From the NCBI GenBank assembly GCA_017959065.1, contig JAGDBK010000068.1, positions 1-62,443 of the forward strand: 62,443 nucleotides of DNA. The letters run 5' to 3'. Below are positions 18,963 through 28,118 of this stretch, piece after piece. Source of the DNA: Clostridia bacterium. GTDB taxonomy: Bacteria; Bacillota; Clostridia; Oscillospirales; CAG-272. The stretch's first letter is position 1. Each line of letters begins with the position of its first letter. A program made the position numbers and the translations under genes. Below the pieces are notes generated by a model, which ran no database searches, was not told the DNA's origin, and saw nothing but the letters and a program-made list of their open reading frames with translations.

Positions 18963-21122
18963 GTGGTTAAAATCCCGAAAAGTAAAAAACCCCGTGTCAA
19001 CAGTTCACGGAGATATATAGGTATTTTCGTCTTTTTCGTTCTTGCCTGCGTGGTTTATTCGGCAAGGCTCATCAACATACAGATCTCCGGACAGGACTAC
19101 TATTCCTCCGGGAAAGCGGGCACTTATCAGAGAAGGGAGATAATATACGCGGAGCGCGGGGAGATATTTGACAGGAACGGCGTTCCGCTCGTGATCAACG
19201 AATATACGGAAAACATCATCCTTGATTACGGATCGATGCCTTACTACAATTCAGCCAAAAACCTCCTGATCTCCCAAGCTGTCTCGGTGATACGTTCAAA
19301 CGGAGATTCTTCGCTTCTGACCGAACTGAACTATCCGGTATCCGGAAATGCCCCGGATTTCTATTTTGACGAATCGTTCTTCGCCGATCAGACAAAATCG
19401 GCGAGGTTCAAGCGTATTCTGAAGGAACACGGTCTTTCGGAAGAGATAACATGCGAGACCTTTGTTTCCAGCTTTCTCAGATCCTACGGACTCACCGACA
19501 GAAACGGAAAGTTCATATATACCGGAGACGACGTATACGAGATCCTCGCACGCCGTTTTGACATGGAATACATGCGGTTCTCCGAAGAGACCCCGTATAT
19601 TCTTGCCGAAAACGCAGATATCTCGCTCATATCGTCAATAAAGGAATCATTTACCTACGGTGTCCGTACTATGGTTTCGTCTTCCAGAAAATACTGTTTC
19701 CCGGGTTTCGCATCTCATATTCTCGGAAGGATGGGCAAGATACCGGCCGGAAGAGAAAACGAATATCTGGAGAAAGGATACTCTCTTGACTCCTATATCG
19801 GAATCTCCGGGGCCGAAGCCGCATTTGAGAATTATCTCCGGGGACAGAACGGCTTAAAGATCGTTACCGAAGACGAGTACGGTTATATAATTGATGAGAC
19901 CATAGAGAAAGCTCCGGTTTCGGGACAGGATGTTTACCTGACGATCGATATCAACCTCCAGATAGTCGCGGAATACGCTTTGAAAAACAATATAGACTAT
20001 ATAGTTGAAAACGCCGTCCTGTCCGGCGTGCCGCTTTCGGGAGAAGACGCAAAGGCCGGCGCGCTCTCCATTCTGGAGATCGGCACGAACGACGTTCTGG
20101 CGCTCGCTTCATATCCCTCTTTTAATCTGGCAACCTTCAACAGGGACTACAGCCGTCTTATCGCCAATGACACTTCTCCACTCCTGAACAGGGCTCTGAA
20201 CGGAATGTATACCCCGGGTTCTACTTTCAAGATTGCCACGGCTGCGGCAGCTCTCTCTGAAGGAGTAGTCTCCGCCACGCAGCTTATAAATGATACCGGC
20301 AAATACACTTATTATTCAGATTACCAGCCGGCATGCTGGATATACAACAGGTACGGATTCGGACACGGATTCCAGAACATCGTTCAGGCGATCCAGAACT
20401 CATGTAACTATTATTTCTTCGAGGCAGGAAGACTTCTCACGATAGAAAGACTGGTCGATTACTGCAGAAAGTTCGGCCTCGGAGAGAAGACCGGGATAGA
20501 GCTCGGAGAAACATCCGGCGTTCTTGACTGCCCCGAATACAGAGAGAAGAGCGAGAGCGACGCCTGGCAGGTCGGAGACGTGCTTCAGGTCGCCATCGGT
20601 CAGGGCAAGAGCATGTTCTCGCCTCTCCAGCTGGCCAATTATATTGCGACATTCATCACCGGAGAACGAAGAAGCACTCACATCCTCTCTTCCGTCCATC
20701 AGTACGGAACCGATGTCGTTACATTTGAAAAAAGCGCCGGTGAGATCCTGGATACCGTGGAAATCTCATCATACAACCGTTCGATAATCCTCAGCGCTAT
20801 GAAAAACGTCGTTGATATAGGTTCTGCCGCGTCGGTGTTTGCCGACTATGACATCACGGTCGGCGGAAAGACCGGTACTGCTCAGGTAAACGAAAAGAAA
20901 AGTGAAAACGCGATCTTTGTTGGGTTTGCACCGTATGACTCGCCGAAGATCGTTGCCTCCGTCGTCATTGAACAGGGAAGCAGCGGCACAACGGCATCCC
21001 GGGCGATCCGAGATGTTTTCGATTACTACTTCTCTGTCGGCAGTTTCAAAAATGCCCCGGAAGACAGGGCCGAATTCGTTTCAAAAATCATCAGTGAATA
21101 CAGCGGTTCAAGTGTTTCATGA
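18963..21122 (+). CDS. mrdA: Class B penicillin-binding protein 2
   Basis: RGEIFDRNG, STFK (SxxK), SCN (SxN), KTG. Confidence 0.93.
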   Translation: MVKIPKSKKPRVNSSRRYIGIFVFFVLACVVYSARLINIQISGQDYYSSGKAGTYQRREIIYAERGEIFDRNGVPLVINEYTENIILDYGSMPYYNSAKNLLISQAVSVIRSNGDSSLLTELNYPVSGNAPDFYFDESFFADQTKSARFKRILKEHGLSEEITCETFVSSFLRSYGLTDRNGKFIYTGDDVYEILARRFDMEYMRFSEETPYILAENADISLISSIKESFTYGVRTMVSSSRKYCFPGFASHILGRMGKIPAGRENEYLEKGYSLDSYIGISGAEAAFENYLRGQNGLKIVTEDEYGYIIDETIEKAPVSGQDVYLTIDINLQIVAEYALKNNIDYIVENAVLSGVPLSGEDAKAGALSILEIGTNDVLALASYPSFNLATFNRDYSRLIANDTSPLLNRALNGMYTPGSTFKIATAAAALSEGVVSATQLINDTGKYTYYSDYQPACWIYNRYGFGHGFQNIVQAIQNSCNYYFFEAGRLLTIERLVDYCRKFGLGEKTGIELGETSGVLDCPEYREKSESDAWQVGDVLQVAIGQGKSMFSPLQLANYIATFITGERRSTHILSSVHQYGTDVVTFEKSAGEILDTVEISSYNRSIILSAMKNVVDIGSAASVFADYDITVGGKTGTAQVNEKKSENAIFVGFAPYDSPKIVASVVIEQGSSGTTASRAIRDVFDYYFSVGSFKNAPEDRAEFVSKIISEYSGSSVS

Positions 21123-21126
21123 AAAA

Positions 21127-21142
21127 TGTTTCACGTGAAACA
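21127..21142. promoter_or_regulatory. parS site 1
   Basis: Perfect TGTTTCACGTGAAACA. Confidence 0.97.
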
Positions 21143-21165
21143 TTCATCCGCTCCTTCGGTGCAGT

Positions 21166-21891
21166 ATGGACAGTATTTCAAATATTATCGCGGAAGTTCT
21201 GGAAATCAACGGGCTTGGCGCGTTCGCCGGCTGCAAACAGCTGGAACAGTACAGCCGCCTCTATTCCGAAGTCAGATCGGCGAACGAAAAATTCAATCTT
21301 ACCGCAATAACGGACCCAACCGAATTTGCGGTAAGACACATCGCGGACTCGCTTTCTGCAGCTGAGTTTATCCCGCCGCACTCAACTTTGCTGGATGTGG
21401 GATGCGGTGCGGGATTTCCGTCTCTGCCTCTTTCTATAGCCCGTCCCGACATCAATATCACTTCTCTGGACTCCACGGCGAAAAAGACGGCATTCGTCAG
21501 CCGGACCGCCAGCATCCTTTCGATCGACAGGCTTACGGCAATATGCGACCGGGCCGAAAACGCCGCTCACGGACCGCTTCGCGAATCATTTCAGGTCGTG
21601 ATCAGCAGAGCCGTCGCCAGATTCAATATTCTGGCGGAACTCTGTATTCCCTTCGTCTGCCAAAACGGGGTGTTTATCGCCATGAAGGGAGAGCGATCAG
21701 CCGAGGAGGCTTCTTCGGCGTCTGACTGGATCGGGTCGTTAGGCGGATCTTTGCCGGAAGCAAACGGCTTTATACTCAAAGGCGAAGCATCGGACCTTTC
21801 TCGCTGCATCCTTGTATCGAGAAAAGTCAGAAAGTCTCCTGAAGATTATCCGAGAGATTTTTCGAAGATCCGCCGTCGTCCTCTTTCTTAA
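21166..21891 (+). CDS. rsmG: 16S rRNA m7G527 methyltransferase RsmG (GidB)
   Basis: NLTAIT, HIADSL, DVGCGAGFP, SRAVA. Confidence 0.96.
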   Translation: MDSISNIIAEVLEINGLGAFAGCKQLEQYSRLYSEVRSANEKFNLTAITDPTEFAVRHIADSLSAAEFIPPHSTLLDVGCGAGFPSLPLSIARPDINITSLDSTAKKTAFVSRTASILSIDRLTAICDRAENAAHGPLRESFQVVISRAVARFNILAELCIPFVCQNGVFIAMKGERSAEEASSASDWIGSLGGSLPEANGFILKGEASDLSRCILVSRKVRKSPEDYPRDFSKIRRRPLS

Positions 21892-21907
21892 TGTTTCACG
21901 TGAAACA
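21892..21907. promoter_or_regulatory. parS site 2
   Basis: Perfect TGTTTCACGTGAAACA immediately after the rsmG stop codon. Confidence 0.97.
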
Positions 21908-21974
21908 TTGAACAGATCGCGGACAGACTGCCTGTCTTCCTGCTTTTGGCGTCGTCTCCGGTGCGACCGCCGTA

Positions 21975-22004
21975 TTGACTTTTATCTCTTCAAAGGTATA
22001 TAAT
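21975..22004 (+). promoter_or_regulatory. Sigma-A promoter of parAB
   Basis: TTGACT-18 nt-TATAAT. Confidence 0.7.
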
Positions 22005-22149
22005 TATCCTGCATCCTGGTCCGAAAAGGCCGGATGCTTTATCAATGAGGCAACGCCGTCCGGCGGTTTTTCCCGCATCATTTCAGGAAGGCCTGCCCCT
22101 TTCAAATAATCCGAAAGGAACCGTCACCCGACGGCAGAGTAAACCGGAT

Positions 22150-22941
22150 TTGTCCGTTGTAATTGCTTTTGCGAACCAGAAAGGCGGAGTGGGGAAGACC
22201 ACCTCGTGCGTGAATATCGCAGCATGCGTCGGAGCGCTCGGAAAAAAGACTCTTTTAATTGATATGGACCCGCAGGGAAACACGACAAGCGGTGTCGGGA
22301 TCAGCAAAAAAAGCATCCGGTTCTCTTCTTATGACCTGCTTTCCGGAGAGGAAAAGGATGAAGCCAAAATCACCAAAACGCGCTTCGCAAATCTGGACAT
22401 AATACCGACTACGATATCGCTTGCAGGCGCGGAATTCGAACTGGTCAACGAAAAAGACCGTGAATACATCTTCAAGAACGGTATCGCCGGGATCCGCGAC
22501 GAGTACGATTACGTTTTTATCGATTGTCCCCCGTCTCTCGGCATCCTTACGATCAACGTCCTCACTGCCGCAGACAGCGTCATCATACCGATGCAGTGCG
22601 AATACTATTCTCTTGAAGGCCTCTCCCAGCTGATGATTACGATCAAGAAGATCAAGCAGCTGTATAATCCCGGTCTCGACCTGTGCGGCATCCTGATAAC
22701 GATGTTCAACGGAAGGCTGAATCTTTCCGCACAGGTGCTGAAAGAAGTAAAAAAATACTATTCAGACAAGCTGTTTTCCGTCCCGGTCGCCCGAAACGTA
22801 AAGCTCTCGGAAGCCCCGGGGTTCGGTGAACCGGTTATTTATCACGACAAGTACTCCAAGGGCGCGCAAAACTACATGGATGTCGCCCAGGAGCTGATCG
22901 AGCGCACAAGATCGTTTGGCGAAGGATCAGGAAAGGAGTAA
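22150..22941 (+). CDS. parA: Chromosome partition ATPase ParA/Soj
   Basis: NQKGGVGKTT, DMDPQGN, DCPPSLG, QCEYY. Start placed at TTG 22150 by family N-terminus; ORF is open from 22045. Confidence 0.96.
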   Translation: MSVVIAFANQKGGVGKTTSCVNIAACVGALGKKTLLIDMDPQGNTTSGVGISKKSIRFSSYDLLSGEEKDEAKITKTRFANLDIIPTTISLAGAEFELVNEKDREYIFKNGIAGIRDEYDYVFIDCPPSLGILTINVLTAADSVIIPMQCEYYSLEGLSQLMITIKKIKQLYNPGLDLCGILITMFNGRLNLSAQVLKEVKKYYSDKLFSVPVARNVKLSEAPGFGEPVIYHDKYSKGAQNYMDVAQELIERTRSFGEGSGKE

Positions 22942-22943
22942 AA

Positions 22944-23825
22944 ATGGCTAAAAAAAGCGGGCTCGGCCGCGGCCTCGATGTCGTCTTCATGGAGAACTCT
23001 CTGGACGATGAGAAACGGGAAAGTTCAACTCTGCTCAGAATATCGCAGATCGAGCCGAGCCATGATCAGCCCAGAAAAAAATTCGACGCCGAATCACTGT
23101 CCGAGCTGGCGGACTCCATCGCAAGCCACGGCCTTATCCAGCCGATCATCGTCCGGCCGATCGCGGACGGCTTTTATCAGATCATAGCCGGAGAAAGAAG
23201 ATGGCGGGCTTCAAAGCTCGCGGGCCTTTCTGAAGTCCCCGTGATCATACGGGAAGCAGATGACCAGACAGCGGCACAGATTGCTCTGATCGAAAACATT
23301 CAGAGGCAGGATCTGAATCCGGTCGAAGAAGCGGAGGGATTTCGTTCACTGATAGAAGAGCACTCCATGACGCAGGAAGAAGTTGCTGCGGCAGTCGGCA
23401 AAAGCAGAAGTGCCGTAACCAATTCTCTCAGGCTTCTGGATCTTCCGGCACAGATCGTCAGTGATCTTAAAAACGGCGACATCACCGCCGGTCACGCCCG
23501 CGCGATCCTTGGTCTCAGGAACCGCGAGGACATGGTCCGGGTCTCTGAAACGGTAAAAGCCAGACATCTTTCTGTAAGATCCACTGAAGAATACGTCAGG
23601 AAGGCAAACTCCAGGGCATCAGCCTCCGCCGCGCAATCTAAACCGGCCGGCGCTCTTTCCATCGACTATCTGGCCGATATAGAGCACAGACTGATGAAGA
23701 CTTTGGGAAGAAAAGTCAGCATCGCGGCAAAAGGAAAAAAGCATAAAATAACCCTTGAGTTCAGCGACGAGGCCGACTTTGAGGAACTTGTCTCTAGACT
23801 GGATCCGGAAATTCTAAAGTACTGA
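22944..23825 (+). CDS. parB: ParB/Spo0J
   Basis: GLGRGLD, QPRK.F, IIAGERRWRA, ENIQRQDL, HTH. Confidence 0.97.
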   Translation: MAKKSGLGRGLDVVFMENSLDDEKRESSTLLRISQIEPSHDQPRKKFDAESLSELADSIASHGLIQPIIVRPIADGFYQIIAGERRWRASKLAGLSEVPVIIREADDQTAAQIALIENIQRQDLNPVEEAEGFRSLIEEHSMTQEEVAAAVGKSRSAVTNSLRLLDLPAQIVSDLKNGDITAGHARAILGLRNREDMVRVSETVKARHLSVRSTEEYVRKANSRASASAAQSKPAGALSIDYLADIEHRLMKTLGRKVSIAAKGKKHKITLEFSDEADFEELVSRLDPEILKY

Positions 23826-23834
23826 TCTCCTCAA

Positions 23835-23850
23835 TGTTTCACGTGAAACA
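23835..23850. promoter_or_regulatory. parS site 3
   Basis: Perfect TGTTTCACGTGAAACA between parB and serS. Confidence 0.97.
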
Positions 23851-23898
23851 TTTCCGGCCCGCCCCCAAATCATTTATTAAAAATAGCGAGGAAACAAT

Positions 23899-25191
23899 AT
23901 GCTTGACATCAAACTTTTCAGAACAAATCCAGATGTAATCCGCGAGAATCTGAGAAAAAAATTCCAGGAGGAAAAGCTTCCCCTTGTTGATCAGATCATA
24001 AAACTAGATGAGGAATTCCGCGCATCAAAAGCCCGCACTGACGAGCTCCGCGCATTAAAGAACAAAGTCAGCAAAGAGATCGGCGTTCTTATGGGCCAGG
24101 GCAGAAAAGACGAGGCGGAGGCTGCAAAAGCAAAGGTCGCCGAGACGGCTGATGAGCTGCTTGCAAACGAGGAAAAAGCCGGACGCCTTTCCGAAGAGAT
24201 AAGAAAGCTTATGATGGTCATCCCGAACATCATCGACCCGTCGGTTCCTATCGGCAAGGACGACAGTTTCAACGTTGAACTCGAGAAGTTCGGAGATCCC
24301 TTTGTTCCGGACTACGAAATACCTTATCATGTCGAAATAATGGAAAGTCTTGCCGGAATAGATCTTGACAGTGCAAGGAAAACCAGCGGCAACGGTTTCT
24401 ATTATCTTACCGGCGACATCGCGCGGCTTCATTCCGCGATACTTACCTATGCCCGTGATTTTATGATAGACAGGGGATTCACATATGTCATCCCGCCGTT
24501 TATGATCCGTTCGAGCGTTGTTGACGGCGTCATGAGTTTCACTGAGATGGAAAACATGATGTATAAAATCGAAGGGGAGGACCTTTACCTGATCGGTACC
24601 AGCGAACACTCAATGATCGGCAGATATGTAGATACCATAAACGACGAAGCGTCTCTGCCGTTCGCGCTTACAAGCTACTCCCCGTGCTTCAGGAAGGAAG
24701 TCGGCGCCCACGGGATCGAAGAGAGAGGCGTATACCGCATTCACCAGTTTGAAAAGCAGGAAATGATAGTGATATGCTCTCCGGAAGAAAGCAACATCTG
24801 GTATGACAGGATGTGGAACAATACTGTCGATTTCTTCAGGACTCTCGATATACCAGTGAGGACGCTCGAGTGCTGTTCCGGAGACCTTGCAGACCTGAAG
24901 GTAAAGAGTCTCGACGTGGAAGCCTGGTCACCGCGTCAGAAAAAATATTTCGAAGTGGGAAGCTGTTCAAACCTCGGCGATGCCCAGGCCAGAAGGCTGT
25001 CGATCCGCATCAAGCCGAAGAACGGCGGACCTACATATTTCCCGCATACGCTCAACAACACCGTCGTCGCACCGCCGAGAATGCTGATAGCTTTCCTGGA
25101 AAACAATTACTGCGAAGACGGTACGGTAAAGATACCTGCCGTACTGCGTCCTTACATGGGTGGGAAAGAACTGCTCCGCCCCGGCAAGTAA
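23899..25191 (+). CDS. serS: Serine--tRNA ligase
   Basis: MLDIK, coiled-coil arm, LIGTSEH, FRKE, HQFEKQE, EVGSCSN, HTLN. Confidence 0.98.
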   Translation: MLDIKLFRTNPDVIRENLRKKFQEEKLPLVDQIIKLDEEFRASKARTDELRALKNKVSKEIGVLMGQGRKDEAEAAKAKVAETADELLANEEKAGRLSEEIRKLMMVIPNIIDPSVPIGKDDSFNVELEKFGDPFVPDYEIPYHVEIMESLAGIDLDSARKTSGNGFYYLTGDIARLHSAILTYARDFMIDRGFTYVIPPFMIRSSVVDGVMSFTEMENMMYKIEGEDLYLIGTSEHSMIGRYVDTINDEASLPFALTSYSPCFRKEVGAHGIEERGVYRIHQFEKQEMIVICSPEESNIWYDRMWNNTVDFFRTLDIPVRTLECCSGDLADLKVKSLDVEAWSPRQKKYFEVGSCSNLGDAQARRLSIRIKPKNGGPTYFPHTLNNTVVAPPRMLIAFLENNYCEDGTVKIPAVLRPYMGGKELLRPGK

Positions 25192-25254
25192 CCGGACGCA
25201 ATCATATCAGCGGGACGCCCGCTCTGACCGATCAAGAAAGGATGCTGATTAAAA

Positions 25255-25773
25255 ATGATGCGTAACAGCCTGCTGAAAATCACCCTTTCGAACCCGTCCA
25301 TTTCCTTGTCCATAGTCATCTGGTGTATTTACATAGGTGCCGTAATCGGATGGATCATAGCTCTGTTCAACAAGCTTGTCCCGGGGAGGATAGTCAGAAA
25401 GCTGCTGAATCTGGAGATCGTGTCACCTGAAGACGCGGTCACCGCAGCCGATATAAAGGCCAAAAATCCCCTGATGCTTTTCCTGCTTCGGGACGGATCT
25501 TCGTTAAGGCGGATCGTACGGAGCAAAGAAGAGGCGGATATGGTCTCAGACAGCGCAGAAGGAGAAAAAAAGCAGGTCAGGATACCGGCAAAAAGCCAGC
25601 ATTTCTACATACCGGAAGAAAAAGTGGCTGAAGCCGAAAAAAGATACAGCATATCCGCGGCCGATATCATTGGACTTGTGCTCGGTTCTGTTGTTCTTCT
25701 TGCGGTCGCTTTTATACTCTTCAATTTCGGAATACCTGCGATAATGAACATGATCGAAAGCAATTTCGGATAA
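25255..25773 (+). CDS. Hypothetical membrane protein (2 TM)
   Basis: 172-aa ORF with GAAAGGA SD and N- and C-terminal hydrophobic helices. Confidence 0.75.
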   Translation: MMRNSLLKITLSNPSISLSIVIWCIYIGAVIGWIIALFNKLVPGRIVRKLLNLEIVSPEDAVTAADIKAKNPLMLFLLRDGSSLRRIVRSKEEADMVSDSAEGEKKQVRIPAKSQHFYIPEEKVAEAEKRYSISAADIIGLVLGSVVLLAVAFILFNFGIPAIMNMIESNFG

Positions 25774-25939
25774 TATTGCTCCCACCCTTTTTAAACCGGG
25801 CTCAAAGCCTTAAAGTATTAAGGGCCCCTCACAGTTTTTCACTTTTTCAGAAAGGAGAATGCCGCAAGTCTCTATGGATTTACGGCAGGCAATATCTCTC
25901 GGAACTCAAAACATTCTGGGAAATTGCCAGATTTTTTTG

Positions 25940-26773
25940 ATGAATAATCCTGCTGTCAAAAAAAGACCCCGCGCCCGCAGACGCAGAATGAAGTTCTCTC
26001 ACGTCGTCATAATATGCATAGTGATCGCGCTGATAATGCTGCTGATAACGATAGGCCTTCTTTACGCTCTTGGCCTGAGGTATGTTACCGAATCGCTGTC
26101 CGACGGTTCTCAGGTGGCGTTTTTCGGTTGGATGAAAGACGGCGAAATGGTTTCCGGGACATTGTATTATCCGGGCGGAGTCAACGCAAAATATGACAAA
26201 GAGGCAGGCTTGCTCGTATACTCCGACAAAAGCTGGTATGAAGGCAAGATGTCCGGAATACTGAAGGAAGGCAAAGGTACTTTTTATTACTCGAACGGAG
26301 ACAAATACGAAGGTACGTTCTCCAGAGACAAGATGGACGGGAGCGGAACATATACAACAAAAACAGGACAGTATTATGAAGGCGACTTCAAAGACGGCCG
26401 TTTCGAGGGAAACGGTAAATATGTCTGGGAAGACGGAAGCTATTACGACGGGGCATTCCTGAACGGCAAGAAGCACGGTCAGGGGTCCAGTGTATGGGCA
26501 GACGGGGCCATTTATTCCGGCGGGTACGTCAACGGGCTGAAAGAAGGACAGGGCAAGTACGTCCTTTCTTCCGGTGACATTTACGAAGGCGAATTCAAAA
26601 ACGACATGCGGGACGGGACCGGCAAATACATCTGGTCCAACGGAGACGTTTACGAAGGTGAATTCAAAAACAATCTGATGAACGGAAGAGGTACCATCAC
26701 CTTTGCTTCAGGACGCATCTATACGGGAGAATTCGAGAACGGAAGGATCGTCTGGGCAAACGTCGAGGAATGA
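25940..26773 (+). CDS. Membrane-anchored MORN-repeat protein
   Basis: Basic N-terminus, one TM, then about 7.5 repeats of 23 aa (YEG.F.NG...G.G.Y...G). Start uncertain (25859, 25937 or 25940). Confidence 0.88.
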   Translation: MNNPAVKKRPRARRRRMKFSHVVIICIVIALIMLLITIGLLYALGLRYVTESLSDGSQVAFFGWMKDGEMVSGTLYYPGGVNAKYDKEAGLLVYSDKSWYEGKMSGILKEGKGTFYYSNGDKYEGTFSRDKMDGSGTYTTKTGQYYEGDFKDGRFEGNGKYVWEDGSYYDGAFLNGKKHGQGSSVWADGAIYSGGYVNGLKEGQGKYVLSSGDIYEGEFKNDMRDGTGKYIWSNGDVYEGEFKNNLMNGRGTITFASGRIYTGEFENGRIVWANVEE

Positions 26774-26829
26774 TCGCATACTCCGCACATGTTTTATTCG
26801 ATTATTAGTTTCAACAGAAGGATATAAAA

Positions 26830-28071
26830 ATGAGCAATATTAAAGATGTTTCTCTTGCTCCGTCCGGAAGGGACAAGATAGAATGGGTGAAAAGCTATAT
26901 GCCCGTTCTCTCCCTCATTAATCAGGAATTCTCTGAAACGAAACCCTTCAAAGACCTGAAGGTATCTATGTCGATTCACCTTGAGGCAAAAACCGCATAC
27001 CTTGCAATTACGCTGGCTACAGGCGGGGCGGACGTATACGTGACCGGCTGCAATCCGCTTTCAACTCAGGATGATGTCGCCGCAGCGCTTGTTTCGGACG
27101 GGTTTGAAGTCTTTGCCCATCGCGGGACGACAGAAGCAGAGTACAGGGAAGATCTTATCAGTACTCTTTCGGTCTGTCCGGATCTGATGATAGACGACGG
27201 AGGAGATCTTACCGGTCTACTTCACGGGGATTGTATAGGTTCAGGAAAGAATCTCATCGGCGGAGCGGAAGAGACTACAACAGGTATCCACAGGCTTCTG
27301 GCGAGGGAGGCAAAAGGGCAGCTGCTTTATCCGATGGTAGACGTAAACGACGCAGACTGCAAGCATCTTTTCGACAACCGCTACGGGACGGGCCAGTCAA
27401 CGCTGGACGGAATAATGAACAGCACAAATCTGATAATAGCCGGAAAGACCGTAGTAGTAGCAGGGTACGGATGGTGCGGAAGAGGCATTGCCATGCGCGC
27501 AAAGGGTATGGGCGCCAATGTCATAGTCACTGAGATTAATCCGGTCAAGGCGATAGAAGCGAGGATGGACGGATTCTCCGTAATGCCGATGGACGACGCT
27601 GCACCTCTCGGCGACCTGTTCATTACAGCCACAGGATGCAAAAGCGTGATAAGAAAAGAACATCTAGAAAAGATGAAGGACGGGGTGCTGCTTGCGAACT
27701 CCGGACATTTCGATGTAGAGATAGACAAGATAGCTCTCGAGGACATATCCTGCGAGATATGGCAGAGAAAGCCGAATATCGTCGGATACAGAACCGGAGA
27801 CGGAAGGGTTCTGAACCTGCTGGCGGAAGGCAGGCTGGTCAATCTTGCAGCCGGCAACGGCCATCCCGCGGAAATCATGGATATGAGCTTCGCTATTCAG
27901 GCAAAATCACTTGAATATCTGGTCAAAAATAAAGCCCTTCTGGAGAAAAGAGTTTACCGTGTTCCGGAAGAAATAGATAATGAAGTTGCCTCGCTGAAGC
28001 TCAAAGCAATGGGATCCAGAATCGATATACTGACCGAAGACCAGGAAAGATACCTGCGCGATACGCTATGA
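26830..28071 (+). CDS. ahcY: Adenosylhomocysteinase (SAH hydrolase)
   Basis: HLEAKTA, CNPLSTQD, EETTTG, KHLFDNRYGTGQS, GYGWCGRG, GRLVNL...GHP. Confidence 0.97.
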   Translation: MSNIKDVSLAPSGRDKIEWVKSYMPVLSLINQEFSETKPFKDLKVSMSIHLEAKTAYLAITLATGGADVYVTGCNPLSTQDDVAAALVSDGFEVFAHRGTTEAEYREDLISTLSVCPDLMIDDGGDLTGLLHGDCIGSGKNLIGGAEETTTGIHRLLAREAKGQLLYPMVDVNDADCKHLFDNRYGTGQSTLDGIMNSTNLIIAGKTVVVAGYGWCGRGIAMRAKGMGANVIVTEINPVKAIEARMDGFSVMPMDDAAPLGDLFITATGCKSVIRKEHLEKMKDGVLLANSGHFDVEIDKIALEDISCEIWQRKPNIVGYRTGDGRVLNLLAEGRLVNLAAGNGHPAEIMDMSFAIQAKSLEYLVKNKALLEKRVYRVPEEIDNEVASLKLKAMGSRIDILTEDQERYLRDTL

Positions 28072-28072
28072 A

Positions 28073-28104
28073 AAAACGGCCCGATCTAATGATCGGGCCG
28101 TTTT
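28073..28104. terminator. Bidirectional intrinsic terminator between ahcY and cysS
   Basis: AAAACGGCCCGATC-TAAT-GATCGGGCCGTTTT between convergent genes. Confidence 0.92.
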
Positions 28105-28118
28105 GTTCCTTTATAAGA

